DNA of 64,000 bases, from NCBI GenBank assembly GCA_051294375.1, contig CM119271.1:9501308-9565307 (forward strand). Reading direction: 5' to 3'. This DNA is from Paraspadella gotoi (Eukaryota > Animalia > Chaetognatha). The translations under genes and the position numbers were made by a program. Numbering within the stretch: the stretch's first letter is position 1; every line of letters starts with the position of its first letter. Shown here one piece after another: positions 36,887 through 50,300 of the stretch. The notes beneath the pieces are model-generated. The model was not told the origin of the DNA. It did no database searches and was given only the letters and a program-made list of their open reading frames with translations.

Positions 36887-38399
36887 TCACTCTTCGTCTT
36901 CCTCTTCTTCCTCCTTCCACGAGACGCTCCAAGGCTTCGTCTCGTCCACGGGAACCAGCTGAAACAGCAGCGCCATCGTCTTCGGCTCCAGATCCACCGA
37001 CGCCGTCAGCGCGCGACCCCGCAGCTGCGACGCCGCGTTCCTGCTGGCGCCGCAGTCGAAGCGAATTCGGCGACGGGATTTTGCGCCGCGATTTTCGGCC
37101 GCTAACATTACTTTGTAGTCCGAGTTGTAGCTGGGAGAATTAGGGGGGAGAGAATAATAAGTTTTAACATTCGTTGAATCAGGTTGAGAATAGGGCAAGA
37201 TCATACCAAAATAAAATTGGTGCAACCAATATAAAAATTAACCATTCATTTAATAAATAAGCTATCTTGCCCCTGACTTTGGACAGGCTTTGGCGGTTTA
37301 AGGCCTCCATCACTCTTGCAGGGACCTGCTATGTCATTATCTTGTAAGCTTTCTATCAATACTCTCTCACGGTCGAGTAGTAACAAATTGTAACATATTG
37401 TAACAAAAGCAACCTGTTCGTACGCAATTTGGAATTGGGGATTAGAAATAAGACGCTGTACTACTTTTCTCATGCTTAAAACGAACCTTGCATAAATTGG
37501 CAGCTCACAAGTAATATGGTGGACTAAAATCCACCAACCATTTATCAGCGGTCATTGGTGCCGGAGGCAAGTCATTCGCCTCCCAACCCAAAGGTCCAGG
37601 GTTCTAGCCTGGTGGCCGCCTAGCAGTTAAGAGGGACGGGGCGCTACACCCGCCTGTAACATGGTGTTACAGCCTAATCCGAAACTCAGGGACTGCTTAT
37701 ATTGAACGGTTCTATCACTAACACATATCAACAATTACTGTCTCTTCAGTAAATGAATTTAGAAACTAAAGTAGATGCTCATCCCTGGTCTCGAACGCGG
37801 AACTTTAATACTCATAATCCGGCACCCACAAAAATATCATATTTCCTAAAAGCGCTCAATTAAGTCACCCCACTTGCATTCAAACCAGAACCAGTCTCGC
37901 TTCCAACTCGCGCTTAAAATTCACGCGCGAACGCCCAATTACGTTTCACTGTCTCACGTGTGAATGACGACGTCCTTTGCGATTCGACTCTTGGTCGTGA
38001 ATCCTCGTGAAGCGAAGACGGCGGTGATCGCGTGATCGACGAGAGGTGAGAAAGGGTAAGGGCCGCAGGGTCGGAGTGAGGGAGAGCCGTCCTCGGTCCA
38101 CACCTTGAAGGGAAGGGAGGAAGGAACGCGCATGCGTGATGTCGGTTTGAGAAACTATAGACGGGTCATCCTAGTTGAAGGTAGTGAAACTCGAGAGTCA
38201 TTTAAACTTTGGTCATTTTGTCGCGAGGAATGACAAATGACAAATTTCGATGCTTTCATGATTATATTCCCTAATGGACGAGAGTGGTTACTCGCCTGTT
38301 CATAGATTAAGTTGCACCTGTTAATAGTATTTACTTTACAAACTCGTATAACAGGTAAATCGAAGGCAATATTAACAAAAACGAGTTTCCAAGTTTCGC

Positions 38400-38487
<88 letters not shown>

Positions 38488-41258
38488 CCCCCCCTCTCTT
38501 TCACCTCCAACGAAAACGGCACGGCCTCGTCCAACAGCAACGCCTTGTTGAATCCCATCGCCGCCAGCGTCACCCAGAGGTCGTCGTCGGCGTCGCCGCC
38601 ATCTTCCTCCTCCGCCGCCGCAGCCGCCGCGTCCTCCGCTTCCATGCGGTGCAGCTGCGCGAAGCCGCGCCGCGTGATTTCTCCCGCGGCGTCGAGATGA
38701 ACGTTGTCCTCGACGACGCGCCACTCGGCGTCGGTGATGGATTCACCGGAGGTTCGGACGTTGAAGAGGGAAAACTCGGATCTGAGAAAAAGACGATTGA
38801 TTGATTGATTGATAGAATGATTGGATTGAGAGATTTTGATTGTCCGAGGGACTTATTTGATTTGTTGAATAAATAATTGATAAATTTATTTGGTTAATTT
38901 TATTGGTTAATTAATTGTATAGTGGAGTGTCAGTTCGATAGTTTAAAAAGATTGATTGATTTAAAAACGAATGATTGGTTGTTTTATTCATTGATTGGAT
39001 TAATAATTGATTAATGATCGTTCGGTTGATTCATGAACGATGGGTAGATTTCTTTCTTTCTTTCTTTTTTTCTTTTTTTTCTCTCTTCCCTCTGCCCATC
39101 CCTTCCCCCCGGTCAACCTAGACAGCGTCCCGTTCCCGTCCAAATCGCTGAGATGAAAGATGTCGTCGAGGGCGTCGACGAACGGTTTGGCGAGACTCAC
39201 GTTTCCGTCTCGATCTTGTCGGGTCAACTTGATGTCGGCCTTGGGCTGAGCCTTTCGGGCTTGGAGCCGACAGCCCGAGGTTGCTGAGAAGAAAAAGAAA
39301 CAAGAGGGGTGATTCGACGAATGATTAATAAATAAATAAAATCAAGCAATCATTCGGTCAATTAATCAATCAATAAATCAATCAATCAATCAATCCATTA
39401 ATTGCAATCTATATGAATCAATCTATTTCCGTCAATGAATTATCAATCATTCGATTAATCGACCAATCAAACTGACAAACAAACTCAATCAATAGATAAA
39501 TCTTAATTTTCACCAATCAAATAAATCAACTTAATCATCGATTTTAATCTTCATCGATCAATGAAATAATCAATGCATAAATCAATCACTCAATCCAACC
39601 ATCTCACCAAATCGAATCACTCGCCCTCATTTCACTTCCCACTCACCCGGAACGAGTCTGTAAAACCCCTGCGTCCAGATCGCATTTCGCGTGATATTTT
39701 CCCGTCGCGTCGCGATGCTCGGTGAAAGTCACGAGTTGATGCAGTTTCGTCGTCGTGCCGTCGTCGTCGTCGTTATCGTCGTCGTCGCCGCGTCGCATGA
39801 CGTAGACGACGACGTCGACGGGCGCCTTGGGGTCGGTGTCCATCAGCTCGTGGGAAGGGCCTTCCCAAAGCTGTAGAGAGAGCAAATTTAACCGTTGAAT
39901 GAGAAAGATTTTCTTTTTTTTATAAAGTTTTTCTTTTTAAATGTTTCGAGATCTGACGCTGGCCAAATCCGCGAGAGCTCAAGCAGAAGGGCACTTTTTG
40001 TACGACAGCGATCCATATTTGTTTCTTAGTCTCTCAGCTTTATTTTAAACATTCTTATTTCAAACGCTCTGAAGAAGGTTTAAAATTAAACCGAAACATT
40101 TTCGTCGTGTTTAGATGATTACTAAAATACGATTTGTATTTACTTCCCCAACAACTTTAATCTCATACCACAATCCTCAACCCAAACCCCAACCCCAACC
40201 CATAATCTCTAACCTCAACTGTTGACAATCTCAAAGACTTTAAATATACCGATGCGTAATATCATTAATCATTGTTCATTTTATTTGTATTTACTTCTAT
40301 TACAGTTTCCCTTTCAGCTCTGTGAGAATCCTGTGATCGTTATCATAGAAAGTACGTGTTCGAGTGTGAGATTTAATCTAGGTTGGCGTCTTCGTTCTCT
40401 TGTGTTATTCATATTCACAGATCCTACACAGTGGGCTGCATTGTGGTCGACCGTGCCGTCCCGTGTGGTTAACTGACATTGTGGTCTACGCGTTAGAGGG
40501 TCTCGTGCTTCTCAAGCCCGGCCGAAGCCCTCCGGCATCGCCCACAACAATCCCCCTCTAACAGTTGTGCACTCAACTCCTAATTTAATCTTTAATTAAA
40601 AAAAAAAAAACAACTCAATTTTAGAATTCATTGGGTAAAATGTTCATCCAAAACTTTTCCAATTTAACTTTTCATCTCCCACGACCCGATCCTGAACAAC
40701 TCCCTTCCAACCTGCACGGTGATCCAAACGTTGGAAGGATCCTCCAGTTTGAGGACGAAGTGATGCGAGGAGTGTCGCCCGTCCTCGTCGACAAAGACGA
40801 CGCCGCGAGACTTGGTCGACGCCCAATCCTTGAGACGTCGGGGCGCCGGCGCTTTGCGGTTTAAGGACGCCACGGCGGGTTTCATCTGGTGGAGGGAATG
40901 GAGGGAAAGGTTGCTGCAATCAATCAATCAATCAAGACATTTATCAATCAATCAATCAAGAAATTTATCAATCAATCAATCAATCAATAAAAAGGTTTAT
41001 CAATGAATAAATCAATCAATCAAGAAATCTATCAATCAATTAACCAATAACCGATCATTCTTTTAATCTTAAAATTAATCAATCGATCGTTTAACAAGTC
41101 AATCAATCAATCATTAATGAAAGTAATACAAATCGATCAATCAATTAATCATTCGGTCAATCAATAAATCAATAATTATTAAATCAATCATTCAATCAAT
41201 AAAAAACCCAACCAAGAATCAACCAAGCGATGAGAAAAACAAAAGCCAACAATCGATA

Positions 41259-41302
<44 letters not shown>

Positions 41303-44300
41303 CCTTGGATTTCTCCTCCTCTTCCTCCTTGGCCGTCGTCTTCGTCTTCGGACTCCTCGGCGTCGACGGCGAATCCGTCCTCTCCTCTCTCTCCCTCTCT
41401 CTCCTCTCCTTCCTCCTTTCCTCCCTCTCCCTACTCCTCTNNNNNNNNNNGGAAAAGAGAAGATAGAGATAGAGCTCGTGGTAGCAGAGATTATTCTCCA
41501 AGATCCCGCGACTCATCTGTTTCTTCCAACTCCAGTAGTCGTGACAACCGACGTGGTCGTGATAATCGTCGATCTTGGGGACGAAGTGGCTATAGAGATA
41601 GTAGTAGTTACGATAGCCGCGACAGTCGCAGCCGTGATAATTACGACCGCGACAGGAATCGCCGCTATAGCCGATTTGGCGATCGCGATCGCAATAGGCC
41701 TCGCGATAGCCGCCGTAGTGACCGACAGGATTATCGTAAAGGAAATCGCGATATTCGCAACAACGATCGCGATAGACGTAATCGTGACAGATACCGGGTA
41801 GCCAATACTTCGGATGAAGACAGTGGTGAAAACCAAAGTGAAGAAGAAGCTGTCAGGAAATTTCTGAGTGACCGGAGGAAAGCCAAAAAGGCAGCAAAGA
41901 AGAACCCTCCTCCATCCGAAACGTCATCAGAAAACTAAGGAGCGATCCTGCTATGGGTCAAGCAGAGGTCGAAGTTGATGAGACCCTAGACGTAAGACCT
42001 AAGTGGAAAGCAGAGTTCATGATAAGAGTCGATGGGAAAAAAGTCGCCACCTTAGGCGATACTGGGTGTACTAAAAGTTGCATTAGTGAAGAATTCTTAA
42101 GAGACAATCCTGCTATTAAAGATCGCAGCTTTCGCCCCTTTTCCTCTAAGGGCAAAGCCATTAATGGAACTCGTGTTCTTACAGTTGGTAAAGTTAATGT
42201 AAAGTTTAGAATAGACAATACTTACCTTAGAATGAACTGTAGAGTAGTTAAAGGCCTAGTCCAGCCAATTATCCTTGGCTGGGACTTTTTCTGTAAATAT
42301 TCAGCATCATTATGCCCTTCTGAAGGACGACTCAGGTTTCTCGGAAACCAGTCAGTCTCATTAATAGAGGATTCCCATCGCATTATTGGATGCTATTATC
42401 AAGTGCCGGAAGACACGTTATCCCGGCTCTTATCAAGATTCATCTGATGCCGAGCTCAAGCTCGACAGTGACCTGCTCCACGAGCAACAAAAACAATTGT
42501 CACTGACCCATTTATAAATCATGGAGGTCATGTGTGGGCTTGTAGAGCATGTGCGTATGTTGATGAGGGCAGATTCATGACTGAACTCATCAATTGTAGT
42601 CCAGTTAGCATGAAATTGGAGGCTGGACATATCCTTGGATACGCCGAGTTTACGGATGATGAGACGTTTGATAACTTTTCTGTGGAAACTGATATGCTTT
42701 GCTCTTACTCAAGTGGAGATTCCGCTTACGAATCTGGCGAAGAAGAGCAAACTGGAATCGAAAGTGACTTAGAAGAGGTTGAAGTGGATCCTCCTCAGGA
42801 TTCTGTTAAAGGAAAAGCAGAAGCTTCACCTAAAGCCTCACCCAAGGTGGAAGACAATATTCCACCAGGCGCTAAAAAGTTGTCTATAGAATATAAGGGC
42901 ATGGCTAAGGAGGCTCTCCCCTACAAAGACAAACTTAAACACCTCCTTGAAGTTAAGCATGAGAAGGCATTCTCTAAACATAATAGGGATTATGGAAGGA
43001 CAAACTTAATACAATACCGAGCCAATCTCAAAGATAGAGATGCTCCACCTATTGCCGTCGCCCCATTATCGCACAAGACCAGAGATGCGTGATGTGATTA
43101 TAACAAGCAAGCTTCGAGATGATGCTGATGGCTTATTAGTCATTCGCAGCCATATTCAGCTCCTATCTTTGCTGTAGAATGAAATCTGGTGGTTGGAGAT
43201 TCTCACCGATTTTAGAAGAGTAAGAAAGGTGCAACAAGGTGGTCTACCCCTTCCAAGGATGAAGATTCATTCAGCGCCTCGACAACCCTAAAATCTTCAC
43301 TCTCTCTGACTAACAAAAGGTTCTGCGCAGATTCCTATCACACCTGAGACCGCAAATTTTTTTGCTTTCTCAAGAATCAATGCATTTGGAATACCAAGTA
43401 GCACCAATGGGTGCCAAAAATCCCAAGCTGCCTTAGCTCACTCATGCAGCTCGTGCTGCGTGGGTTGCCCCCCAACATTATCAGCTATATGGATGAATTT
43501 TGGTTGCAGACAACAACATGGAGGATCACCTCAAACACCTGATCAGGTGCTGACGCCTTGGAAGGTGCTTGGCTCTAAGCTCAACCCTTCAAAGTGCAAA
43601 TTGCGCAGGATCTGTGGTATGTCTTGGACATAAACTCTCAAGAGGATTGCCCCGGATCCTGCCAATGTGAAAAAATCCGTTCATGGAAAGCTCCCGAAAA
43701 TGTCAAACGCCTCAAAACATTCCTTGCTAACGGATTATACCGCCATTAGTAAGAGCGATACAGCAAAATTGCTCTGCCACTTCTCGATCTCACCCATGAT
43801 GGGTGTGAATGGTCTTGGAAAGAGACATCAAAAGGCATTTGAACAACTCACGACTATATTTTGATCTCAGATCAAATCATGTCTTATCCCGATTTTGAAA
43901 AACCCTTTATTGTTAAAAGTGATGCCTCACTTCTGGCTGTTGGCTACGTTCTAACCCAGAAGATAAACGGCAAGGAAAAAGTCATTTCTTATGGTTCAAA
44001 GAAATTGTCAAAGCCTCAACAAAAATGGTCCACCTATGATCGCGAATTTTTTGCCCTTTTATGCGCAATTCGCGCTAATTCCCATTACTTGAGACATGCG
44101 CCATTTATTGCTATAACAGACCATAGGCCCTTACTTTCTTGGAAGAAAGTAGATCCCAAGAAGGACGCCACTGGAAGAAGGACCAGATGGGCTATTGAGC
44201 TTGATCAATACGAATTCGAGCTTTGACATAAACAAGGCAAAATACACTCTGACGCAGATGCGATGAGTAGGAGAGGTGAAGAAGATGAAGACCCTTGCGA

Positions 44301-47300
44301 AGAAGACGATTATGCCCTAGGTGAATATGACAACGAGTGGGCTCTTTTAGGCATTGATGCAATAGATGAATCCAATGCCGTCACGCTTAATGCCGAAAGC
44401 TCTCGCCTAAAGCAAAAGCAAGAAGCCGATTCTATCATATCTGAAGTTATGGAATTCGTCAAGATGAGAAGAAGACCACCAAAATCTTTTCCTGAAAAGT
44501 GGTTCTTAAAGAACTTCAACAGATTCATCATGCTTAAAGGCGCTTTGTACCGCAAAGGCTTCAATAAAGGAATCCATTCTCCTGTGCTGCAAGCTGTATT
44601 ACCCGACAGCCTTGTACAAGAAGTCCTTCAGGATTCTCATGGTTCAATGATGTCTGGACATCCAAGCAATGCCAAGATGCAAGATAAAATCAAACGATAT
44701 GCAATCTGGCCTACTATCGGCCGAGATGTTTCAGAATTTACCAAAACCTGTGCAGTTTGTGACAAATTACGTGAACCACAACCAAAGGTTAAAACGATGT
44801 TACAACCTATAATCGCCGAAAACGTGTTCGACCACGTGATCTGTGATTTGGTGCAACTGCCAGTTGCCCCTGGAAACTTCAAACATGTCCTAGTATTCAA
44901 AGATGTGTTTTCTGGATATATCAAATTATACAAACTCAAAAACAAAAACTCAATTGGGATTGCAAAAGCGTTCGAGAACCTAGTCTGCTTCGCAGGCCCG
45001 CCCAAACGCTTGACATCAGATAATGGTGGCGAGTTTGTCTCCGAGGTGATGGATGCTACTTGCAAGGTCCTCGGCACAAAGAAAAGGACAAGTGTCACAT
45101 ATCGACCACAATCTCAAGGCAATGTCGAGAGACAGAACCGAACTTCATTAAAAGACCTTACCAAACGGCTTCAGCAGTATGGTAAGTCTTGGACAGATCA
45201 TTTGCCTTATGTTGAATGGATATAATACACACCAATGCTAAAAAGAATGAACACCTTCTTCTCTTCTTTGGAAGACCACCTCCTTGCCACAATTATCTAT
45301 TGGTGGCGAAGTTAAAGTTAAACATAGAACTTTAATGATATTCAAAATATGCGAAAGAAGGGAACAAGTTAAGAGAAAGCTTCAAAAGAGAAGAAAAGAA
45401 GACAAAAAAGAAGAAGATATACAATAGGAGAAAGCTAAAGGCTCTCACCTTGAAGTTGGAGATAGAGTGTATGAACGTGTCCCAGACGAAAGGCGTAATA
45501 AGCTTGAGCCAAGATGGCGTGGCCCATTAATCGTCAAAGAAAGATGCACTAGTCCTAAAGGAAGCCCAGGAACCTCCTATGTTTGTGAAGATAACATTGG
45601 AAAGAAAGTGCGTAGAAATCGATGCAAGATAAAATCAAACGATATGCAATCTGGCCTACTATCGCCGAGATGTTTCAGAATTACCAAAACCTGTGCAGTT
45701 TGTGACAAATTACGTGAACCACAACCAAAGGTTAAAACGATGTTGCAACCTATAATCGCCGAAAACCGTGTTCGACCACGTGATCTGTTGATTTGGTGCA
45801 ACTGCCAGTGCCCCTGGAAACTTCAAACATGTCCTGTATTCAAAGATGTGTTTTCTGGATATATCAAATTATACAAACTCAAAAACAAAAACTCAATTGG
45901 GATTGCAAAAAGCGTTCGAGAACCTAGTCTGCTTCGCAGGCCCGCCCAAACGCTTGACATCAGATAATGGTGGCGAGTTTGTCTCCGAGGTGATGGATGC
46001 TACTTGCAAGGTCTCGGCACAAAGAAAAGGACAAGTGTCGCATATCGACCACAACTTCAAGGCAATGTCGAGGACAGAACCGAACTTCATAAAAGATCTT
46101 ACCAAACGTTCTTAACAGTATTGGTAAGTCTTGGAAGATCATTTGCCTTATGTTGAATGGACCTATAATACTACACCAATTGCAAAAAATGATATGAACA
46201 CCTTCTTACTCTTCTTTGGAAGACCACCTCCTTTTGCCACAATTATCTATTGGTGGCGAAGTATAAGTAAACATAGAACTTTAAATGAGTATGTCCAAAA
46301 AATATGCGAAGAAGGCAGAACAAGTTAAGGAAGAAGCATCGTCAAAAGAGAAGAAAAGAAGAAACAAAGAAGAAGAGTATCACAATAGAAAAGCTAAAGG
46401 CTCTCACCTTGAAGTTGGAGAAGAGTGGTATGAACGTAGTCCCAGACGAAAGGCGTAATAAACTGGAGCCAAGATGGCGTGGCCATTAATACGTTTAAAG
46501 AAAGATGCACTAATCCTCAGAGGAAGCCCAGGAACCTCCTATGTTTGTGAAGACTAATTGGAAAGAAAGTGCGTAGAAATCGGGACAAAATTAAAAATTT
46601 GTAATGCGAAATATAATGAGTTATGAAAGTCCCACTTCCAAAGGAAGAACCTAAATTCCCAGTCAGTTGGTTTTGTATTAATGCATCAAACAAGAGCTCA
46701 GATATCTTACCCAGCTGAGCCATCTGCTGAAGGTACAATCCACAGATGAGATGGTCTCAGCTTCAGAGTTCAACTTCAAGCTGCAACAGCGAGTTACGTT
46801 GGACTTCTGCCCGATAAGAAACCTGAACAAGATATCGGATCCCGTTCAGAAAGCCATCCTCCAGAGGATTCTATTATAATACTCTTGGAAGTATTATTAC
46901 TACCCCATGAAGACGGGAAAACGCCGAGCTTCGTTAGAAAACCCAAAGACGTAAGTAGCTCATGCTAAAAGACGCTTCTCTCTACACTACACAAAACTGA
47001 GAGTAGAGATCGCAAAACTAAAAGTACTACAGAAGCTAGCCAAATTATTCGTAACAGTATGACTAAGATTCGAAATGCTTCCGAAACATAATTCCTCGAT
47101 TCTCAGGAAACAATTACTATATATTCCTCTAGAAATCGAACAGGATCATTTGATGAAGTTTTTTCCCCTTCACTGAAAACGATCTGGTGAATGGAGGAGT
47201 TACCACTCCAGAAAACTATCTAACAGAAGTTACCCAATAAGAATGACTCAACCACCCCCTCACCCTTAGTACAAAGTATGTTACAAAGGAAACCTAAATC

Positions 47301-50300
47301 AGGTAGTTCCGAAAGCATTGCAACAAGACAAAGCGGATGAGATCAGATTTCAAACCTAAAAGGGCGGGCCAAAAAAAACTTTNNNNNNNNNNNNNNNNNN
47401 NNNNNNNGTTAACAATTAAAAATTGTTATGCGAAATATAATGAGTTTATGAAAGTACCCACTTCCAAAAGGAAGAACCTAAATTCCCAGTCAGTTGGTTT
47501 TGTATTAATGCATCAAACAAGAGCTCAGATATTCTTACACCAGCTGAGCCATCTGCTGAAGGTACAATCCAATGGCAGAGCTGAGATGCCCTTATAAGGA
47601 ATAGGCCTCTGTTCTGTCTCCGTCTCCCTTCGTTCTCGCTTTCTTCTCTCTCGTCTTCGAAATTCTCAGTCGCTCACGTACATTCCCGGATAAATAACAC
47701 TCTCTCAAAAATATTCTCTCCCTTTACTATTTTTTCTGTCTCTCTCCTCTCTCTCTCTTAGCATCTTGACGTTTAGACCATAAATTGAAATTAAGAAAGG
47801 CGTCGGGATTCTTGTTGTCGTTGTTGTGCGATGACTACAAAAAATGTGGGACTTTTAGAGAGGCCGTTGCCGCGCGTCGGGACAACAAGTAAGGAGCTGA
47901 TTGGGGCGGCCGCGTCTCTGGACGCGGACCGTCCGCCAATTCGGGAGACTTGGGGCGATTTTCTCGACCCCTCCACATGAGCAAAGATATAAAGCACAAC
48001 TCTAGCATCAGAGAGGAACCTTATAATAATTATTTTTAGTCTTCCAATTATTTTTGCCTATATAATTTTGTGAAGTGTCTTTTAACACTTGTAAAGGAAT
48101 AAACTATTTCATGCCTCCTATTTATGTTGAACCAAAACCTTTCTTATTATTATTCACAATTTAAACGAAAGATAAGTAAGGACGAGCAAGAGAGAAAGAA
48201 TTCGATTTAGCGAGCCAGTGGAGTCAGCCTAACCAAAGAAACCCTTTAAAGCAACTTTAGGCGACAGTTGTCCCCTTGCTGCAATTTGATGCTACAAATG
48301 GGGTGGCAGCGGTGGGATAACTGTTGCTGCAAGACGGTTGCTGCAAGCCTGACTCTAGGGCTCGTTGAACTCTCTCTCCGAAGCATTGTGAAGAAGACGG
48401 CGATTTTCAACGCGACGACGATCGAACAATTGGGGTTTGAAGCCCTGAACGACGACTTCTTACAAGTTTCAGCCGCCCTCACTCTTGCGGCGCAAATCGC
48501 CTTCGTCATCGCCGTTATTGTTTTCGCGCACCGACGTCATCGACGAACATGAACGGAACCGAAAACCACCAGGGCGGAAACTCCGTCGTCGACGGATTTC
48601 GCCGCCGCCCCGCACGCCTCCGACTCAATTGCCGCCAGCCACGCGGAGACGATGATGACTCTTCTGGACAAATGATGAGCAGATGATGCAGATGCAACAA
48701 CACAGGTGGCAGTTGCAGCTACGATGCAGGTATTTGTTAAGGAGGAGAACTCCCGCTCGCCTTCATATTCGTTCCGACGGTTCACCCTTTTTCGCTGCCC
48801 GAGCGAGGGGGCCCCCGTCCCAGGTTCGGTTCGACGGGTTTTTTCCGTCGTTCATTCCGCGTCGCCGGCGGCGGACCGTTCTGCCGCCCCGCGCCGTCAT
48901 TTCAGCGGTCAATGGCCCCAGCTCGGCCGATTGTTGGCCCGTTAAGCTCTCACTCCCTCTTTCCGCGTGCTTCCGGATCCGACGAATCCGGCTACGACGA
49001 GGCCGACGCCGTCGGCCACGACGAGATCGACGCGCCCACCACGACGCCCACGACGAGTACGGCCGCTACGACTACGACCACTTCCGTTCGTACACCCATG
49101 CGCGGCGGCAGCCGCCGCCGCAGCCGACGATGGATTGACGACGATGTGGAATCCGGTCGTCGTTTCCTGTGGGGAGTCTCTGGGGCGCTTCACATACGCA
49201 GCGCCGCTCCGACCAACTTTTTTCCAAAGTACGAGGATGGAGATTCCTTGAGGAGCTTCGCTTTCGCCGTTGAGGAGGAGGTGATGACGAAGTGAGATGC
49301 CGCGTAAGGTTTGGCGAGGAAAGTTTGTAGCGCTACTAAAAGGAGTTTCGCGCACCATGGGCTTACCAACTTCATTCAAGCTAGGAAGGCCGCAGGGATG
49401 GACGCCACGGTTACGAGAGCGTGCGCGACCACTCTTCGACAGGTGGAAACTTACTTGATGAAGCAGCTCGTCATGAGCTGGAAAGCGCGGTGAAGAAGAA
49501 GGAAGAAAACTATGCTTATTATGCCGCACGTTCTCCAAAACTTCTCGCCGTCCGCGCCTATGGACGTGAGTATTGATAAACTCACAAAATCGAAAACCAA
49601 GGTGCAGGAAGTCTTCATGAGGATTTGAGAGGACCTCTGGGACACAAAGTAAGGGAGATGTTGCCTGAGACTTTGGTCGCGACTATCTCGTTCGCGCGAT
49701 CGTATGAGGACCGCAAGGATACTCGAAGAATCCAAAGCCGTCGTCCACGCCATTGGCTCATCCGGAAGCAGCGCGCCAGCAGCGGCCGCCTCCAAGAGCG
49801 CTGCAGATCGTGTTGCATGCGGCGTCACCAGGGGCATAGAAAGGGATGATTGCTGGAAAATTCACCAAGAAGCGCCCCAAAAATGGAGGACCGCGCTTCA
49901 AGAGATCAACCGCCAACCAAGTAAGGACAGGAAGAAAACCTGGGGAAGGGGGGCAGAAAGAAGGGGACCACGCTCTCCCCCGCCACGTCTCAACCTTCAC
50001 CCTCGTCCCCCGGCCTCATCTTAAACTGAGGCATGGCCGAGCTCGACATCTCCGACGATTCCGACGGGAATGGATCTGCTTCAGGGAAATAGCTTACACA
50101 GTCTCAAGGTTAACCGGAAGTCCAGCGCGCGCCGAGTCATCTACCGTTCTCGCCGCGGCGCCACCGCTTCGCAGCGGGATCTACGAGCACCTGATGACAA
50201 CCGATTCCATTCCTAAGCAGACTGACGAGGACTCGACTCGACAGGGGAAGCGGCCGCCAATTTCCGTCGACGACGCCGTTTCATCGATAGGGAGCGCCCT

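Larger units (their letters stand above)
41451..47590 (+). mobile_element. Ty3/Gypsy LTR retrotransposon A: gag C-terminus and pol; 5' end lost in N gap; probably continues at 57577-61623
   Basis: Domain order PR-RT-RH-IN. Protease LGDTGCTKSCIS; frameshifted RT ~43050-43650 (ISYMD, PMGAKN-like); RNase H KSDASLLAVG..STYDREFFAL..TDHRPL; integrase HH-CC and D,D35E motifs. Confidence 0.93.

Noticed and set aside
37548-37619. Functional tRNA-Gly(CCC) gene
   Set aside because: The anticodon stem cannot pair, and it sits inside a longer dispersed repeat.
41478-41836. Hydrophobic Ile/Ala/Val-rich ORFs (41478-41801 +, 41513-41836 -)
   Set aside because: They are shadow frames of the RS/RD-rich gag sequence.
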